A stretch of DNA of 64,000 nt from Eledone cirrhosa (Eukaryota), in the NCBI GenBank assembly GCA_964016885.1, contig OZ024749.1, positions 14,322,001 through 14,386,000 on the forward strand, read 5' to 3'. The notes under the pieces were generated by a model, which was not told the origin of the DNA, did not search any database, and saw nothing but the letters and a program-made list of their open reading frames with translations. Below are positions 60,501 to 64,000 of the stretch, one piece after another. The translations under genes and the position numbers were made by a program. The first letter of the stretch is position 1, and each line of letters begins with the position of its first letter.

Positions 60501-62700
60501 GGCACAGGTCTGCCACACATACTATATGGCACAGGTTTGTCACACATACTATATGGTACAGGTCTGCCACACATACTATATGGCACAGGTCTTCCACACA
60601 TACTATATGGCACAGGTGTCCCACACATACTATATGGCACAGGTCTTCCACACATACAATATGGCACAGGTCTGTCACACATACTATATGGCACAGGTGT
60701 GCCACACATACTATATGGCGCAGGTGTGCCACACATACTATATGGCACAGGTCTGCCACACATACTATATGGCACAGGTCTTCCACACATACTATATGGC
60801 ACAAGTCTGCCACACATACTATATGGCACAGGTCTGTCACACATACTATATGGCACAGGTCTTCCACACATACTATATGGCACAGGTCTTCCACACATAC
60901 TATATGGCACAGGTCTTCCACACATACTATATGGCACATGTCTTCCACCCATATTATATGGCACAGGTCTTCCACACATACTATATGGCACAGGTCTTCC
61001 ACACATACTGTATGGCACAGGTGTCCCACACATACTATATGGCACAGGTGTCCCACACATACTATATGGCACAGGTCTTCCACACATACTATATGGCACA
61101 GGTGTCCCACACATACTATATGGCACAGGTGTCCCACACATACTATATGGCACAGGTATGCCACACATACTATATGGCACAGGTGTACCACACATACTAT
61201 ATGGCACAGGTCTTCCACACATACTATATGGCACAGGTCTTCCACACATACTATATGGCACAGGTGTCCCACACATACTATATGGCACAGGTCTGTCACA
61301 CATACTATATGGCACAGGTCTGCCACACATACTATATGGCACAGGTGTACCACACATACTATATAGCACAGGTGTCCCACACATACTATATGGCACAGGT
61401 CTGCCACACATACTATATGGCACAGGTGTCCCACACATACTATATGGCACTGGTCTTCCACACATACTATATGGCACAGGTCTTCCACACATACTATATG
61501 GCACAGGTCTGCCACACATACTATATCGCACAGGTCTTCTACACATACTATATGGCACAGGTCTGCCACACATACTATATGGCACATGTCTTCCACACAT
61601 ACTATATGGCACAGGTCTTCCACACATACTATATGGCACTGGTCTTCCACACATACTATATGGCACAGATCTGCCACACATACAATATGGCACAGGTCTT
61701 CCACACATACTATATGGCACAGGTCTTCCAGACATACTATATGGCACAGGTCTCCCACACATACTATATGGCACAGGTCTTCCACACATACTATATGGCA
61801 CAGGTCTGCCACACACACTATATGGCACATGTCTTCCACACATACTATATGGCACTGGTCTTCCACACATACTATATGGCACAGGTATGCCACACATACT
61901 ATATGGCACAGGTGTGCCAAACATACTCTATGGCACTGGTCTGCCACACATACTATATGGCACAGGTGTGCCACACATACTATAAGGCACAGGTCTGTCA
62001 CACATACTATATGGCACAGGTCTGTCACACATGCTATATGGCACAGGTCTTCCACACATACTATATGTCACAGGTCTTCCACACATACTATATGGCACAG
62101 GTGTGCCACACATACTATATGGCACAGGTGTGCCACACATACTATATGGCACAGGTCTGCCACACATACTATATGGCACAGGTCTGTCACACATACTATA
62201 TGGCACAGGTGTCCCACACATACTATATGGCACAGGTCTTCCACACATACTATATGGCACAGGTCTGTCATACATACTATATGGCACAGGTCTGCCACAC
62301 ATACTATATGGCACATGTGTGCCACACATTCTATATGGCACAGGTCTGTCAAACATACTATATGGCACAGGTCTGCCACACATACTATATGGCACATGTG
62401 TGCCACACATACTATATGGCACAGGTCTGTCACACATACTATATGGCACAGGTCTTCCAGACATACTATATGGCACATGTGTCCCACACATACTATATGG
62501 CACAGGTGTCCCACATACTATATGGCACAGGTCTGCCACACATACTATATGGCACATGTCTTCCACACATACTATATGGCACATGTCTTCCACACATAAT
62601 ATATGGCACAGGTCTTCCACACATACTATATGGCACATGTGTCCCACACATACTATATGGCACAGGTCTTCCACACATACTATATGGCACATGTGTGCCA
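50750..62700. repeat. Super-duplication of about 36.0-46.35 kb (offset 14783, then 14756, 14729 and 16349), containing HOR-2 copy D
   Basis: GTGCAC at 37389/52172. ORF pairs 36194/50977, 40160/54916, 42614/57343, 43150/59499 and 45237/61586. Offsets step by single-monomer losses and one +1620 gain. Confidence 0.85.
56260..59470. repeat. About 1.6-kb tandem duplication (offset 1593, then 1620 = 60x27)
   Basis: ORF pair 57343/58963. Markers GGCGCAGG (~56697/58290), CACCCATATT (~56926/58519) and CATAATAT (~57335/58955). Confidence 0.82.
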
Positions 62701-62709
62701 CATATACTA

Positions 62710-64000
62710 TATGGCACAGGTCTCCCACACATACTATATGGCACAGGTCTGCCACATATACTATATGGCACAGGTCTACCACACATACTATATGGCACAG
62801 GTCTGCCACACATACTATATGGCACAGGTGTGCCACACATACTATATGGCACAGGTGTTCCACACATAATATATGGCACAGGTGTACCACACATACTATA
62901 TGGCACAGGTCTCCCATACATACTATATGGCACAGGTCTTCCACACATACTATATGGCACAGGTGTACCACATATACTATATGGCACATGTGTACCACAC
63001 ATACTATATGGCACAGGTGTACCACACATACTATATGGCACAGGTCTTCCACACATACTATATGGCACAGGTGTACCACACATACTATATGGCACAGGTC
63101 TGTCACACATACTATATGGCACAGGTCTGCCACACATACTATATGGCACAGGTGTCCCACACATACTATATGGCACAGGTCTTCCACACATACAATATGG
63201 CACAGGTCTGTCACACATACTATATGGCACAGGTGTGCCACACATACTATATGGCACAGGTGTGCCACACATACTATATGGCACAGGTCTGCCACACATA
63301 CTATATGGCACAGGTGTTCCACACATACTATATGGCACAGGTCTGTCACACATACTATATGGCACAGGTCTGCCACACATACTATATGGCACATGTGTCC
63401 CACACATACTATATGGCACAGGTGTCCGACATACTATATGGCACAGGTCTGCCACACATACTATATGGCACATGTCTTCCACACATACTATATGGCACAG
63501 GTCTTCCACACATACTATATGGCACATGTGTCCCACACATACTATATGGCACAGGTCTTCCACACATACTATATGGCACATGTGTGCCACATATACTATA
63601 TGGCACAGGTCTGCCACACATACTATATGGTACAGGTGTGCCACATATACTATATAGCACAGGTCTGTCACACATACTATATGGCACAGGTGTGCCACAC
63701 ATACTATATGGCACAGGTCTTCCACATATACTATATGGCACCGGTCTTCCACACATACTATATGCACAGGTGTACCACATATACTATATGGCACAGGTCT
63801 GCCACACATACTATATGGCACAGGTGTACCACATATACTATATGGCACAGGTGTACCACACATACTATATGGCACAGGTCTTCAACATATACTATATGGC
63901 ACAGGTCTTCCACACATACTATATGGCACAGGTGTACCACATATACTATATGGCACATGTGTACCACACATACTATATGGCACAGGTGTACCACACATAC
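62710..64000. repeat. Further copy of the block at about 58.8-60.1 kb (offset 3910 = 145x27-5), continuing beyond the window
   Basis: ORF pairs 59499/63409 and 59848/63758. Shared GTCCGAC, TATATGCAC and CTTCAAC markers. Confidence 0.82.

Larger units (their letters stand above)
1..64000. repeat. 27-bp tandem satellite array, consensus TGGCACAGGT[C/G]T[G/T/A/C][C/T]CACA[C/T]ATACTATA, about 2,370 monomers, single orientation, running off both window edges
   Basis: TATATGGCACAGGT recurs every 27 nt from the first to the last line. All ORF translations are 9-aa repeats (MAQVCHTYY, GTGLPHILY, HTIWHRSAT, LCHIVCVAD, PVPYSMCGR). Confidence 0.99.

Noticed and set aside
9-63994. Giant ORFs up to 3058 aa on both strands
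   Set aside because: The 27-bp unit is stop-free in five of six frames (the sixth reads AI*YVWQTC). ORFs overlap in all open frames, swap peptide at indel monomers and have no unique domain. Not annotated as CDS.
835-63994. Cys/His-rich zinc-finger, metallothionein or heme-binding repeat protein (LCHIVCVAD)
   Set aside because: No C2H2 spacing or consistent CxxCH motif; this is a translation by-product of CACA/TGTG content.
1-64000. CRISPR array (27-bp partly palindromic repeat)
   Set aside because: Repeats abut directly. The variable part is about 4 nt from a small set, not unique spacers, and there are no cas genes or leader.
1-64000. Long yeast-type telomerase repeat (minus strand TAGTATGTGTGG)
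   Set aside because: The resemblance is superficial. Heritable kb-scale HORs of variants and a length of at least 64 kb indicate recombinational amplification, not templated synthesis.
1-64000. Integron attC, iteron, DGR or recombinase cassette array; mobile element
   Set aside because: No cassettes, recombinase, reverse transcriptase, rep gene, terminal repeats or any non-satellite sequence in the window.
1-64000. Rolling-circle/sequencing concatemer artefact or synthetic data-storage DNA
   Set aside because: Hierarchical sharing of rare variants, copy-private SNPs and layered domains fit evolutionary amplification. Exact copy numbers could still be mis-assembled.
1-64000. TATA boxes and splice signals (CTATAT, CAG/GT) in each monomer
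   Set aside because: Short motifs inherent to the repeat, with no supporting gene structure.

Overview
The whole 64 kb window is one uninterrupted head-to-tail tandem array (satellite or very long minisatellite) of a 27-bp monomer, consensus TGGCACAGGTCTGCCACACATACTATA (about 48% GC, about 2,370 copies). I saw no unique sequence, insertion or strand switch. No genuine gene, RNA gene, CRISPR array or mobile element is supportable. The huge overlapping ORFs arise because 27 is a multiple of 3 and five of six frames of the monomer lack stops. The information lies in the order of monomer variants. About six common core types plus rare marker variants and 25/26/29-bp monomers show nested higher-order repeats (HORs): a near-perfect 4206-bp (156-mer) HOR at left, a more diverged transition zone, a 6741-bp (250-mer) HOR with a 5423-bp deleted derivative, local duplications of 1078, 2131, 2454, 3562, 1620 and 3910 bp, and super-duplications at about 14.8 and 26.9 kb. 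The monomer contains a dyad (TGGCACA-GG-TGTGCCA) whose right arm is the hypervariable part. The origin is probably eukaryotic heterochromatin (inference). Organism and function cannot be determined here. Boundaries were read by eye and from ORF-track offsets and are good to about one monomer.
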